Origin: Thermoflexia bacterium | GTDB taxonomy: Bacteria; Chloroflexota; Anaerolineae; B4-G1; DUEL01 | Length of the DNA: 52,182 nt | Assembly: GCA_011192125.1 (NCBI GenBank) | Contig: DUEL01000012.1 | Location: forward strand, 23,622 to 75,803 | Direction: 5' to 3' | Shown here: positions 1-8,600 of the stretch, piece after piece | How positions within the stretch are numbered: position 1 is the first letter of the stretch | Layout: each line of letters starts with the position of its first letter | Notes under the pieces: model-generated | What the model saw: the letters and a program-made list of their open reading frames with translations, nothing else | Database searches by the model: none | What the model was told of the DNA's origin: nothing | Position numbers and translations under genes: made by a program

Positions 1-78
1 CACCGAAGACGCGGAGGGCACAGAGGGATTGCCGAGGAAGGCAAGGGAGGACTCTGTGTCCTCTGCGCCTTTGTGGTG
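1..78. repeat. REP-like imperfect palindrome, family A (CACAGAG.../...CTCTGTG), copy 1
   Basis: Arms caccgaagacgcggagggcacagag and ctctgtgtcctctgcgcctttgtggtg are imperfectly complementary; similar elements occur at five other positions. Confidence 0.8.
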
Positions 79-98
79 AAAACGGGCGTTCAAAGCGC

Positions 99-126
99 TT
101 GCGTATCGGAGCGAGGCGGGTATACT
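99..126 (+). promoter_or_regulatory. sigma70-type promoter, probably giving a leaderless or near-leaderless transcript
   Basis: TTGCGT-N16-TATACT, with ATG at 136 only 9 nt after the -10 and no SD sequence. Confidence 0.5.
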
Positions 127-135
127 TCAATAGCG

Positions 136-834
136 ATGAGGGACTTCGCTGCGTTGATCTGTGGCCTCCTGGCCGATGAGGAGGCTCTTCATAACCTCCC
201 GTTCGATCGGCAGGAGTTCGAGGACGGCGAGACGATCTTCGAGCGAGGTGACCCCGGGGAGGATCTCTACGTCGTCGAGTCGGGCCAGGTACGTATCTTC
301 ACCGTCGACGAGGGGGGGCGTGAACTGACGTTGAACACGCTGGGCCCGGGGGAGGTGTTCGGCGAATTGGCTCTGCTGGACAGTCGTCCCCGCTCGGCCA
401 GCGCTGCCGCCGTCGGCCCCACCGTTCTCCGCCGTATCGACAGAAGCCACCTGCTCTCCCTGATCCAGTCCTCGCCGGAACTGGCTGCGAGCCTCTACGA
501 CCTCCTGGCTCAGCGCACGCGTCATATGACCGACTACATCGAGCGGTTGGGGCATTGGGCGCGGCTGGTCGCCGAAGGACGGTACGACGAGGCGATGAGG
601 AGCCTTCAGGCCGAGGGCCAGGTCTCCGACCGGGCCCTCGCGGCCGTGGCCGACGCGGTGCGGACGATGGTGCAAGCCGTGCGAGAGCGAGAGGAGCGAC
701 TGAGGCGAGAGGTCGCCCAACTGCGCATCGAGATCGACGAGGTAAAACGAAGGAAGAGCGTGGCGGAGATCACCGATACGGAGTACTTCCGCGACCTGGC
801 CCGTCGGGCACGTGAGTTGCGGAAGCGGATGTAG
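136..834 (+). CDS. cyclic-nucleotide-binding domain protein with HAMP-like segment and C-terminal coiled coil (no HTH)
   Basis: cNMP motifs IFERGDPGEDLYVVESGQV and FGELALLDSRPRSASA; HAMP-like IERLGHWARLVAEGRY...LAAVADAVRTM; tail LRIEIDEVKRRKSVAEITDTEYFRDL. Start placed at ATG 136. Confidence 0.85.
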   Translation: MRDFAALICGLLADEEALHNLPFDRQEFEDGETIFERGDPGEDLYVVESGQVRIFTVDEGGRELTLNTLGPGEVFGELALLDSRPRSASAAAVGPTVLRRIDRSHLLSLIQSSPELAASLYDLLAQRTRHMTDYIERLGHWARLVAEGRYDEAMRSLQAEGQVSDRALAAVADAVRTMVQAVREREERLRREVAQLRIEIDEVKRRKSVAEITDTEYFRDLARRARELRKRM

Positions 835-837
835 CAT

Positions 838-871
838 CCTGCGCTTGCTCCCTTGCGACCTGCTCCCCTGC
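838..871 (+). repeat. degenerate ~8-bp tandem repeat (CYTGCTCC)
   Basis: cctgcg cttgctcc cttgcga cctgctcc cctgc immediately after the stop codon. Confidence 0.5.
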
Positions 872-953
872 GGATGGCCTCTTCCACCAACGACAGCAGG
901 CGGTCGCTCCGCCCAAGTCCTGCAGGTTGTCCACTTGAGATAAGGAGGTGCAA

Positions 954-1727
954 ATGGCTCGGGTCGTCTCCATCCATTCCTTCCGCGGCGGGACCGGCAA
1001 GTCGAACATCACGGCCAACCTGGCTGCCCTTCTCGCGCTCAGAGGAGAACGGGTCGGTGTCATCGACACCGACATCCAGTCCCCCGGCATCCACATCCTC
1101 TTCGGGATGGAGGAGGAGCACATCAGCAAGACGCTCAACGATTACCTCTGGGGGCAGTGCTCCATTGAGGACACCGCCTACGACGTCGGGGAGAGGCTGG
1201 GGCACAGCGCGCTGGAGGCAGCCGGGGGAGCGATCTACCTCATCCCTTCCAGCCTTCGCGCCGGAGAGATCACCCGGATCCTGCGCGAGGGGTACGATGT
1301 GGGCACGCTGAACGAAGGGTTCCGTGACCTCATCCGCGAGTTGAACCTCGACTACCTTCTGATCGATACCCATCCCGGCCTGAACGAGGAGACGCTCCTT
1401 TCCATCGCCATCTCCGACTGCCTGGTGATCGTCCTCCGGCCCGACCAGCAGGACTTTCAGGGCACGGCTGTGACGGTGGATGTGGCCCGGCGGCTGGACG
1501 TCCCGCAGATCATTCTCGTGGTGAACAAGGCTCTCTCTTCCTACGATCTGGATGCCCTCCGCGACCAGGTGGAGTCGACCTACGAATGTCCGGTCGCGGC
1601 GGTGCTCCCCCTCTCCGAGGAGGTAGCCGCGCTCCAGTCGGCCGACCTGGCTGTCATCCGGTTGCCGGACCACTCCTTCTCCAAAGGGATGGAGGCCGTC
1701 GTCCAGGCGATCGAGGCTGGAAAGTAG
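954..1727 (+). CDS. MinD/ParA family ATPase
   Basis: Deviant Walker A SFRGGTGKS, VIDTDIQSPG and LLIDTHPG motifs; SD TAAGGAGG at 941-948. Confidence 0.9.
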   Translation: MARVVSIHSFRGGTGKSNITANLAALLALRGERVGVIDTDIQSPGIHILFGMEEEHISKTLNDYLWGQCSIEDTAYDVGERLGHSALEAAGGAIYLIPSSLRAGEITRILREGYDVGTLNEGFRDLIRELNLDYLLIDTHPGLNEETLLSIAISDCLVIVLRPDQQDFQGTAVTVDVARRLDVPQIILVVNKALSSYDLDALRDQVESTYECPVAAVLPLSEEVAALQSADLAVIRLPDHSFSKGMEAVVQAIEAGK

Positions 1728-1737
1728 GAGCGGAGCG

Positions 1738-1953
1738 ATGGTCTGCCACAAGTGCGGGGAGCCAGCGATCGGCATCTGTCGGTTCTGTGGGCGGGCCGTC
1801 TGCAAGGAGCACCACGTCACCACCTTGCCGACGATCCTGGCGATGTACCTGGGAGACCAGCAGACGCCGAAGGCGATCGTGGTCTCCAACGTTCTCTGGT
1901 GCGGGGAGTGCCAGCCGCAGCCGGAGCCCGTTGAGGTGCCGGAGTTCTACTAG
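1738..1953 (+). CDS. small zinc-finger protein
   Basis: CHKC..CRFC..CKEH..CGEC in 71 aa; SD AGGAG; tight operon spacing. Confidence 0.75.
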   Translation: MVCHKCGEPAIGICRFCGRAVCKEHHVTTLPTILAMYLGDQQTPKAIVVSNVLWCGECQPQPEPVEVPEFY

Positions 1954-1964
1954 GAGGTGGCACG

Positions 1965-2309
1965 ATGGGCATTTTCGACCGCATTCAGGCGGAGGTCGAA
2001 GAACGGGAGCGGAGGGAAGGGATCACACCGTCCGCACTGCTCGACCTCCCGCCGGAGCAGCGCCGCCTGATCAACCACATCACCCGTAGCGGTGAACAGA
2101 CGGCGGCTCAGGCGGCCAGCGCCCTGGACGTGCCGCTGGAAGAGGTGCAGGAGACGCTGGACCTGCTGGCCGAGAAGGGATACCTGGAGCGGGAGAAGCG
2201 GCCGGAGGGTTGGGTGTACCGGACCCGCTTCGGGCGCAAGCGGGCGCGCCAGATCCCCGTCGGCATCTGGTCCGCCCTCGGGGGTGAGAAGGGGGAGCAG
2301 GAGGAATAG
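1965..2309 (+). CDS. winged helix-turn-helix (MarR/TrmB-like) protein
   Basis: TAAQAASALDVPLEEVQETLDLLAEKGYL wHTH pattern; SD AGGAGG. Confidence 0.8.
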   Translation: MGIFDRIQAEVEERERREGITPSALLDLPPEQRRLINHITRSGEQTAAQAASALDVPLEEVQETLDLLAEKGYLEREKRPEGWVYRTRFGRKRARQIPVGIWSALGGEKGEQEE

Positions 2310-2314
2310 GACCG

Positions 2315-3511
2315 GTGGTTCTGGCGGCACCCATCGCCATCGGGATTCCGGCGGCGTTTCTGTTCCTGATCTACACGCTCGACCTGTACGCCTCTCGGAC
2401 CTTCCGCCTGGTCGCGCTCTGCTTCGGCTGGGGGGCGGTCGGCGCGTTCGGCCTGGCGTATGTGATCAACAGTTACGTAGGCTCCCCCCTGCTGGCGCGG
2501 TGGTTCGCCGATCCCTACCTGGGGCTCACGGTCGGCTTCGCGCCGGTGGTGGAGGAGATCACCAAAGCGCTCATCCTCATCTATATCGCGCGCCAGCCGG
2601 AGTTCACCTATTTCGTCGACGGAGCGATCTACGGCTTCGCGTCCGGCATCGGCTTCTCGATCGCGGAGAACTTTCTTTACCTCTCCGCCAACCCCGGTGG
2701 GGGGATCGCGCTGGCGTTGGCGCGGGCCTTTTCGACCTGCCTGATGCACGGCGCGGCCGCTGGGACGGTGGGGGCGGCGGTGGGCCGCTTCCGGTTCCAC
2801 CGGGGGTCCGGCCGGGTGGTAGCTCAGGTGGGCGGTTGGGGAGCCGCCGTCCTCCTCCATGCCCTCTTCAACGGCACGGTCTACACGGGCTCGCTGGGCG
2901 GCGCGGGCGCTCTTCTGATCCCCGTCGCCATCGGGGTGGCGGGGGTCGGCATACTAGTCGTGTTTGTCTTCCTCGGCCTGCAGGAGGAGCGACGCTGGCT
3001 GGCGGAGACCCTCGACCGGAAGGTGGGGGTGACGGCGGCGGAGGTGCGGGCCGCCCAGGCCCTGGGCGACCTGGAGGAGCTCCTCCAGCCCATCGCTGCC
3101 CAGTTCCCGCGGAAGGCGCGGGAGGTCGAACAACTGGTGCTGCTCCAGGCCCAGATCGGCATCAAGCGGAAGGTCCTGCAGCGGACGGAGGATCCGAGGC
3201 TGCGGGAACGACTGGAGCGGAGCATCGATGAGATGCGCGAGGAGATGGAGCGGCTGCGGAAGGGGGTCGGCCTCTACGTGATGAGTTACCTCCGCGCTGT
3301 CTTCCCGGAGGGGGCGATGGACATCTGGAGCCGGATGGAGCAGTTGATCCCGGCGGCCGTCTCTGCGGATGCGGGGGGGTGGGTGAGGACCTTCGCCTCT
3401 CCCGTGGGCGGCACCCCCAGCGGGAGGGACATCTTCGCCAGCATTCAGAAACAGGAGCGTGCAGAAAACCATAGAGACACAGAGAGCACAGAGGAATCTC
3501 CAAGAAGATGA
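2315..3511 (+). CDS. PrsW family intramembrane metalloprotease with cytoplasmic C-terminal helical domain
   Basis: Multiple TM segments with PrsW motifs APVVEEITK, GFSIAENFLY, CLMHG and LLHALFN. Confidence 0.9.
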   Translation: MVLAAPIAIGIPAAFLFLIYTLDLYASRTFRLVALCFGWGAVGAFGLAYVINSYVGSPLLARWFADPYLGLTVGFAPVVEEITKALILIYIARQPEFTYFVDGAIYGFASGIGFSIAENFLYLSANPGGGIALALARAFSTCLMHGAAAGTVGAAVGRFRFHRGSGRVVAQVGGWGAAVLLHALFNGTVYTGSLGGAGALLIPVAIGVAGVGILVVFVFLGLQEERRWLAETLDRKVGVTAAEVRAAQALGDLEELLQPIAAQFPRKAREVEQLVLLQAQIGIKRKVLQRTEDPRLRERLERSIDEMREEMERLRKGVGLYVMSYLRAVFPEGAMDIWSRMEQLIPAAVSADAGGWVRTFASPVGGTPSGRDIFASIQKQERAENHRDTESTEESPRR

Positions 3512-3542
3512 GAAACTCTGTGCCCGCCGTGTCTCCGTGGTG
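3468..3542. repeat. REP-like palindrome family A, copy 2 (overlaps PrsW 3' end)
   Basis: accatagagacacagagagcacagag ... ctctgtgcccgccgtgtctccgtggt; left arm translated as HRDTESTEE. Confidence 0.8.
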
Positions 3543-3562
3543 AAAACCGATGCGGAGGGTGA

Positions 3563-5626
3563 GTGATGAGATCGCGGGGTGTTGGTCTGGCATTGGCTTT
3601 GGCGTTGGGTGTGGCACTGGCCCTCCTGTGGGCGATCGGGATCCAGCAGGAGGTCGCCACCGCCGCCCCCGCTCCCGCCGTCGAGGGGGCGGGAGCATCA
3701 TCGGTGGCCCCTGCTGCCACCACTTACTACGTTGCCCCTGGGGGGGACTGCGGGGTGATGACGCCATGCTTCGCCACCGTCCAGGGGGCCGTGGACGCCG
3801 CGGCTCCTGGCGACATCATCCTGGTTGCCTCGGGGTTCTACACCGGCGTCCAGCAGCGAAACGGCATCACCCAGGTGGTCTACATCTCCAAAGACATCAC
3901 CATCCGCGGCGGGTACACCGTCACCAACTGGAGCACTTCCGATCCCCTGCTCAATGTGACATCGCTAGATAGCGTCGGGTTCGGACGGGTGATGGTGATC
4001 AGTGGCCCCATCACCGTCCACGTCGAAGGTCTTTACATCGCCAACGGCAATGCCTCCGGTCTGGGCGGTGGCCCCGGCGGTCTCGACGGCGCCGGCGGGG
4101 GGGTCTATGTGGTGGGTGCGAACGTCACCATCAGCAACTGCACCTTCAGCGGCAACGTGGCCAGCAGCAACGGGATCGGCAGCGGCGGTGGGATCTATCT
4201 GTGGAACGCGAACGCGAGTCTCGTCAACAACGAGTTTCTGTCCAACATTGCCAGCGGGAACATTCTCTACGCTGGCTATGGTGGGGGGATCGCTATATCG
4301 GGCGGGAGCGTGACCCTGGAGAGGAACTATATCCACTCCAACAGTGCCAACCTGTACAACAGTTCAGGCAGTGGTGGTGGAATCTACATCGATAGCGGGA
4401 GTCCCATCCTGATCAACAATGTCCTCATCGATAACTCCGCCCCTTCCCAGGGGTCCGCCATCTACATCGGCAGCGCCTCCCCTCACTTGCTCCACACCAC
4501 CATCGTCAGCAACACCGGCGGCGACGGGAGTGGCATTTACGCTGCTGGAAGCACGGTGGTTCTCACCAACTCCATCATCGTCAGCCAGATGGTGGGCGTC
4601 ACCACCGAGATCAACACGAACGTCACCCTCAACGGCGTTCTCTGGTACGGCAACGAGCGGAACACAGGGGGGGGAGGGATAGTCACCGTTCAGAACGAGG
4701 TCACTGGCACCCCCGACTTCGACATCGATGGCTACCATATCCTATCCTCCTCGGCTGCGTTGAACGCAGGGGTGAACGCGGGGGTGAGCGGCGACATCGA
4801 CGGTCAGGACCGGCCCTACGGCGCTGCCCCCGATCTGGGGGCGGACGAGTGGTGGCCAACGCCGATCACCGGCGTGCTGATTCTAGGATCGGACATCGGC
4901 TTCGTCGACTTCCCGAACTTCTTTAACGCCCTGGCCCTGCCGTGGGACGCCGCCCTGCCCATCACCTACACCTGGTCGCCAGTGCCGGACGGCGGGCAGG
5001 GAACGGCCTGGGTCACCTACACCTGGTCGACCACCGGCACCTACGTGATCACCCTCACCGCCCAGAACGTCAGCGGCAGCGCGATTACCACGACGACCAT
5101 CACCATCCGCACCGACCTCACAACGACCCTCTACCCCACGGCGGACATCACCCTGATCTATACTGACCCCTGGGGGTTGACGACCACCGTCTACGCCCCG
5201 GCTGGTGCGGTGACCCAGTCGCTGGTCCTGCGATATGTGCCGCAACCCACGTACACCTACAACCTTTCTCCCGACTGGGGTTTCGCCGACCACGCCTTCG
5301 ACCTGGAGGTCCTTTCGAACGAACTTCCCCTCCAGGGCTTTGTGTTCAGCCAGCCGCTGACCATCACGGTCAACTACACCGATAGCGACGTCGCGGGGCT
5401 GGACGAGAACACCCTCCGGCTCTATTTCTGGGACGGCAGCCAGTGGGTGGACGGAGCGACCACCTGTGTTCCCACTTCCACCTACCACCTTTACACGCAG
5501 GAGAACCGGCTTGAACTCGCCATCTGCCACCTGAGCCGGTGGGGGATGATGGGGTTCCGCGCCGGAGATGCGGGGGAGAAGAAGGTGTATCTCTATCTCC
5601 CCATCGTTCTGCGGAACTATCCGTAG
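3563..5626 (+). CDS. secreted right-handed parallel beta-helix protein with PKD-like domain and C-terminal YLPIVLR tail
   Basis: N-terminal signal peptide; TVQGAVDAA, repeated GGG(I/V)Y and N-A motifs, DIDGQDRP..APDLGADE, WSTTGTYVITLTAQN, terminal YLYLPIVLRNYP. Confidence 0.85.
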   Translation: MMRSRGVGLALALALGVALALLWAIGIQQEVATAAPAPAVEGAGASSVAPAATTYYVAPGGDCGVMTPCFATVQGAVDAAAPGDIILVASGFYTGVQQRNGITQVVYISKDITIRGGYTVTNWSTSDPLLNVTSLDSVGFGRVMVISGPITVHVEGLYIANGNASGLGGGPGGLDGAGGGVYVVGANVTISNCTFSGNVASSNGIGSGGGIYLWNANASLVNNEFLSNIASGNILYAGYGGGIAISGGSVTLERNYIHSNSANLYNSSGSGGGIYIDSGSPILINNVLIDNSAPSQGSAIYIGSASPHLLHTTIVSNTGGDGSGIYAAGSTVVLTNSIIVSQMVGVTTEINTNVTLNGVLWYGNERNTGGGGIVTVQNEVTGTPDFDIDGYHILSSSAALNAGVNAGVSGDIDGQDRPYGAAPDLGADEWWPTPITGVLILGSDIGFVDFPNFFNALALPWDAALPITYTWSPVPDGGQGTAWVTYTWSTTGTYVITLTAQNVSGSAITTTTITIRTDLTTTLYPTADITLIYTDPWGLTTTVYAPAGAVTQSLVLRYVPQPTYTYNLSPDWGFADHAFDLEVLSNELPLQGFVFSQPLTITVNYTDSDVAGLDENTLRLYFWDGSQWVDGATTCVPTSTYHLYTQENRLELAICHLSRWGMMGFRAGDAGEKKVYLYLPIVLRNYP

Positions 5627-5667
5627 GGGCAGGCAACCATCCGCCCTACGGCCGTCCGCCCCTACGG
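5621..5667. repeat. GTAG-type REP-like inverted repeat between convergent genes
   Basis: ccgtaggggc (5621-5630) and gcccctacgg (5658-5667) form a perfect 10-bp IR, with an extra gccctacgg at 5643-5651. Confidence 0.7.
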
Positions 5668-8600
5668 GCGGGCTGCCCATTCGCGGATCGCCCGGTGCAC
5701 CGGCACGTCCTCCAGGAAGGTGCGCCGGGCGTCCTCGTCGCTGATGCGGCCTGCCTGCTCCATCAGCAGGGCGTGGGCGGCGGAGACGACCTCCCGGGCC
5801 TTCCCCTGCCGGCCGGCAGCGGTGAAGATCTCCGCGGCGGAGAGATAGACGTGGAGGGGATACTCGATGGAGGCTGGGCCGTGCTCCTCCATCCAGGCCA
5901 GGGCCTCTTCGGCGAGGGACACGGCCTCCTCGATCCGTCCTTGCTTCGCCTCCACCCGGGCCAGCCCGACCCGGTTGTACATCGCGGGTCCTTCCTGGCC
6001 GATCTCAGCGCGGATGCGCGCGGCCTCTCTGTGGGCCTCGGCGGCACCCCCCCATTCCTCTAGGCCCTCCAGCGCCAACCCCAGGTAGGTCAGCGCGTAG
6101 GCTTCCCCCTGCCGGTCGCCGATCTCCCGCTCGAGGGCGAGGGCCTGTTCACAGTAGCGGCGGGCCGCGGCGTCGTCGCCCAGGTCGTGCAGCACCAGGC
6201 CGAGGTTCTCCGCCGTCAGCGCGATCCCTCGCCGGTCGTCGATCTCCCGGAACAGGTCCATCGCCTGCTGGTAGAGGTCGCGGGCCGTCTCGAGGTGGCC
6301 CAGGGAGTGGTGGACGCTGCCCAGGTTACTCAGCGCCTGGACCTCGTTCCGCCGATCGCCGAGGGTCCGATAGACGGAGAGCACCTGCTCACCCAGAGCT
6401 TTGCAGCGGGAGAAGTCCCCTAGGGCGTGATAGACGCCCGCGAGATTCCCAAGGGTGATCGCCTCCCCGCGCCGGTCGCCCAACTCCCGGCGGATCGTCA
6501 GCGCCGCCTCCAACTGCTCGCGGGCCCCGTCGAAATCGCTCAAGAAGTAGAGGATGGTCCCGATGTTGTGGAGACAGGTCGCCTCGCCCGCCCGGTCCCC
6601 GTGCTCCCGGGCCAGCGCCAGCGCTGCCTCCAGTCGCTCGCGCGCCTCTTCGAAGGCCCCCTGCCGCCAGAGCGCCCGGCCCCACGCGATCAGCCCCTCG
6701 GTCTTGCGGCGAACGTCCCCCGCCTGCTCCGCCAGACCGACCGTTTCCTGAGCCGCGGAGACGGCGGCGGGGAACTCGCTGATCGCCTCGTAGTAGGCTG
6801 CCCAGCGCAGCGCGACCTCTGCCTGTCGATCCAGATCGCCCATCTCTCGGGCCAGCGAGGTCAGCGCCTCCAGGTCGGCGGCCTGGGCTTCGCGCTGTCC
6901 GGTCAGCCGGTACACCCCCTCCCGGCCCAGCAGGAGGTGATACCGCTGCTCCTGTAGCCACGTCGGGTCCGCCTCCACCCGGGGCAGCAGGTCCAGCGCG
7001 TGGCTGAAGTAGGCGATGGCGTCGGCGTTGGCGAACTGGCCTGCAGCCTGCTCTCCCGCTTTTCGAAGGTAGATGACGGCCTTCTTCAGGACGTTCCCCT
7101 GCTCGTAGTGGTGGGCGATGAGGGAGAAGAAGGAAGGGATGCTGCCCGCACGCTGTTCCAGCCACTCGGCCACCCGGGCGTGGACGGGCCGACGGACCCG
7201 TCTGGGCAGGCTTTCGTAGGCCACGTCCCGGGCCAGGCTGTGGTGGAAGTGCCACTCCTCCTCATCGGCGATGGTGGATTCTCCCGGCCGGTATACCCAT
7301 CCGCCGCTTTCAAGCCGGCCGAGAGCCTCCACGACCGCTGACGTTTCTGTGCCCTCTTCGATCTTGCTCAGGACGCCGCGCCAGAAGGTCCGGCCGACGA
7401 TGGCCGCCCGTTGCAGGACGTACTTGTCGAGGGAGGGCAGCCGGTCGAGGCGGGCGGCGATGACGCCCTGGACCGTGCCCGGCACCTGGATCTGGGTCAC
7501 GGCGCGGGTGACCTGCCACCGGCCGGTCGCCGGATCGCGGTTCAGTACCCCCTCCTCGATCAGCGAACGGAGGATCTCTTCCAGAAAGAATGGGTTACCC
7601 TGAGCGCGGTCCAGCAGCAGGTCCAGCAGGTCCTCGGGGAGGTCGGATTCGTCGAGCAGCCGGGCGACCAGGGTGCCCGAGGCCTCAGCGTCGAGGGGAC
7701 GGAGTAGGAGCCGTTGGCCCGGAGGTTGGGACAGGCAGGTAAGGAGCCTCCCGTAGGCCGAATCCTCTTCCTCCGGTCGGCTGAGGGCGAGCAGGAAGCA
7801 GCCGCCACCGGTGGGCCAGATTCGCCCCGCCCGGTTGACCAGCCACTCTAGGAAGGAGAGGGAAAGGGCATCGGCCCAGTGGAGGTCCTCCACCACCAGC
7901 AGCAGAGGGTTCTCCCTCGCCGCGGCGTGAAGGATCCGCTCGAGCGAGAGGAACGTCCGATCGCGTCGCTGTTCGGGGTCGAGGCCGGCCATCGGGTCCG
8001 GGTCCAACGGGATCCCCAGCACGCCGGAGACCGAGCCGAGCCAGTAGCGGAGTTCCTCCCCCTCGACGTCCGGTGCCAGCCTCTGCAGTTCCGCCGCCAG
8101 CCGCTCCGTCTGCCCCTCCCGGTCGGCCCCCAGGTCGAAGAGGCCGCCGAGGAGGTCGGCAAGGAGCGCGTAGGGGGTGTTCTGGGTGTGGGCGAAGCAG
8201 CGACCGAGGAGCGTCCTCGCCATCGGATAGGTCCGCGCCACCCAGGCGATGAACTCCCGCCGCAGCCGCGTCTTGCCAACCCCCGCCTCGCCCACCACCG
8301 TCACCGTCTGCCAGCGCTCTCCGGTGAGCAGTTGATGGAAAGCCGTCTGGAGGGTCCTCAGTTCCTCCTCCCGGCCCACCATCGGTGCCTGGAGGCCGGG
8401 AACCCCGCGGGTGGGGCCGCGCCGCGCCTTCTCACCGACGACCACGTAGACGGTGATCGGTTCCGCCTTGCCCTTCACGCGGATCTGTCGGGGCGGCTCA
8501 AAGTCGAACAGGGCGTGGAGGGGGCGGGCCGTCTCCGCGCTGATCATCACGCGGCCCGGCGGGCATGCCGACTCCAGCCGTGAGGCCAGGTTGACCGTGT

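Noticed and set aside
73-135. N-terminal extension of the cNMP protein from GTG 73
   Set aside because: It begins inside a palindromic repeat and spans the predicted promoter; ATG 136 is more plausible.
136-834. Annotation as a CRP/FNR transcription factor
   Set aside because: There is no C-terminal HTH; the region is HAMP-like plus coiled coil.
954-1727. Cell-division minD or partitioning parA
   Set aside because: No minC/minE or parB adjacent, atypical Walker A, and a signalling-type gene context, so no gene symbol was assigned.
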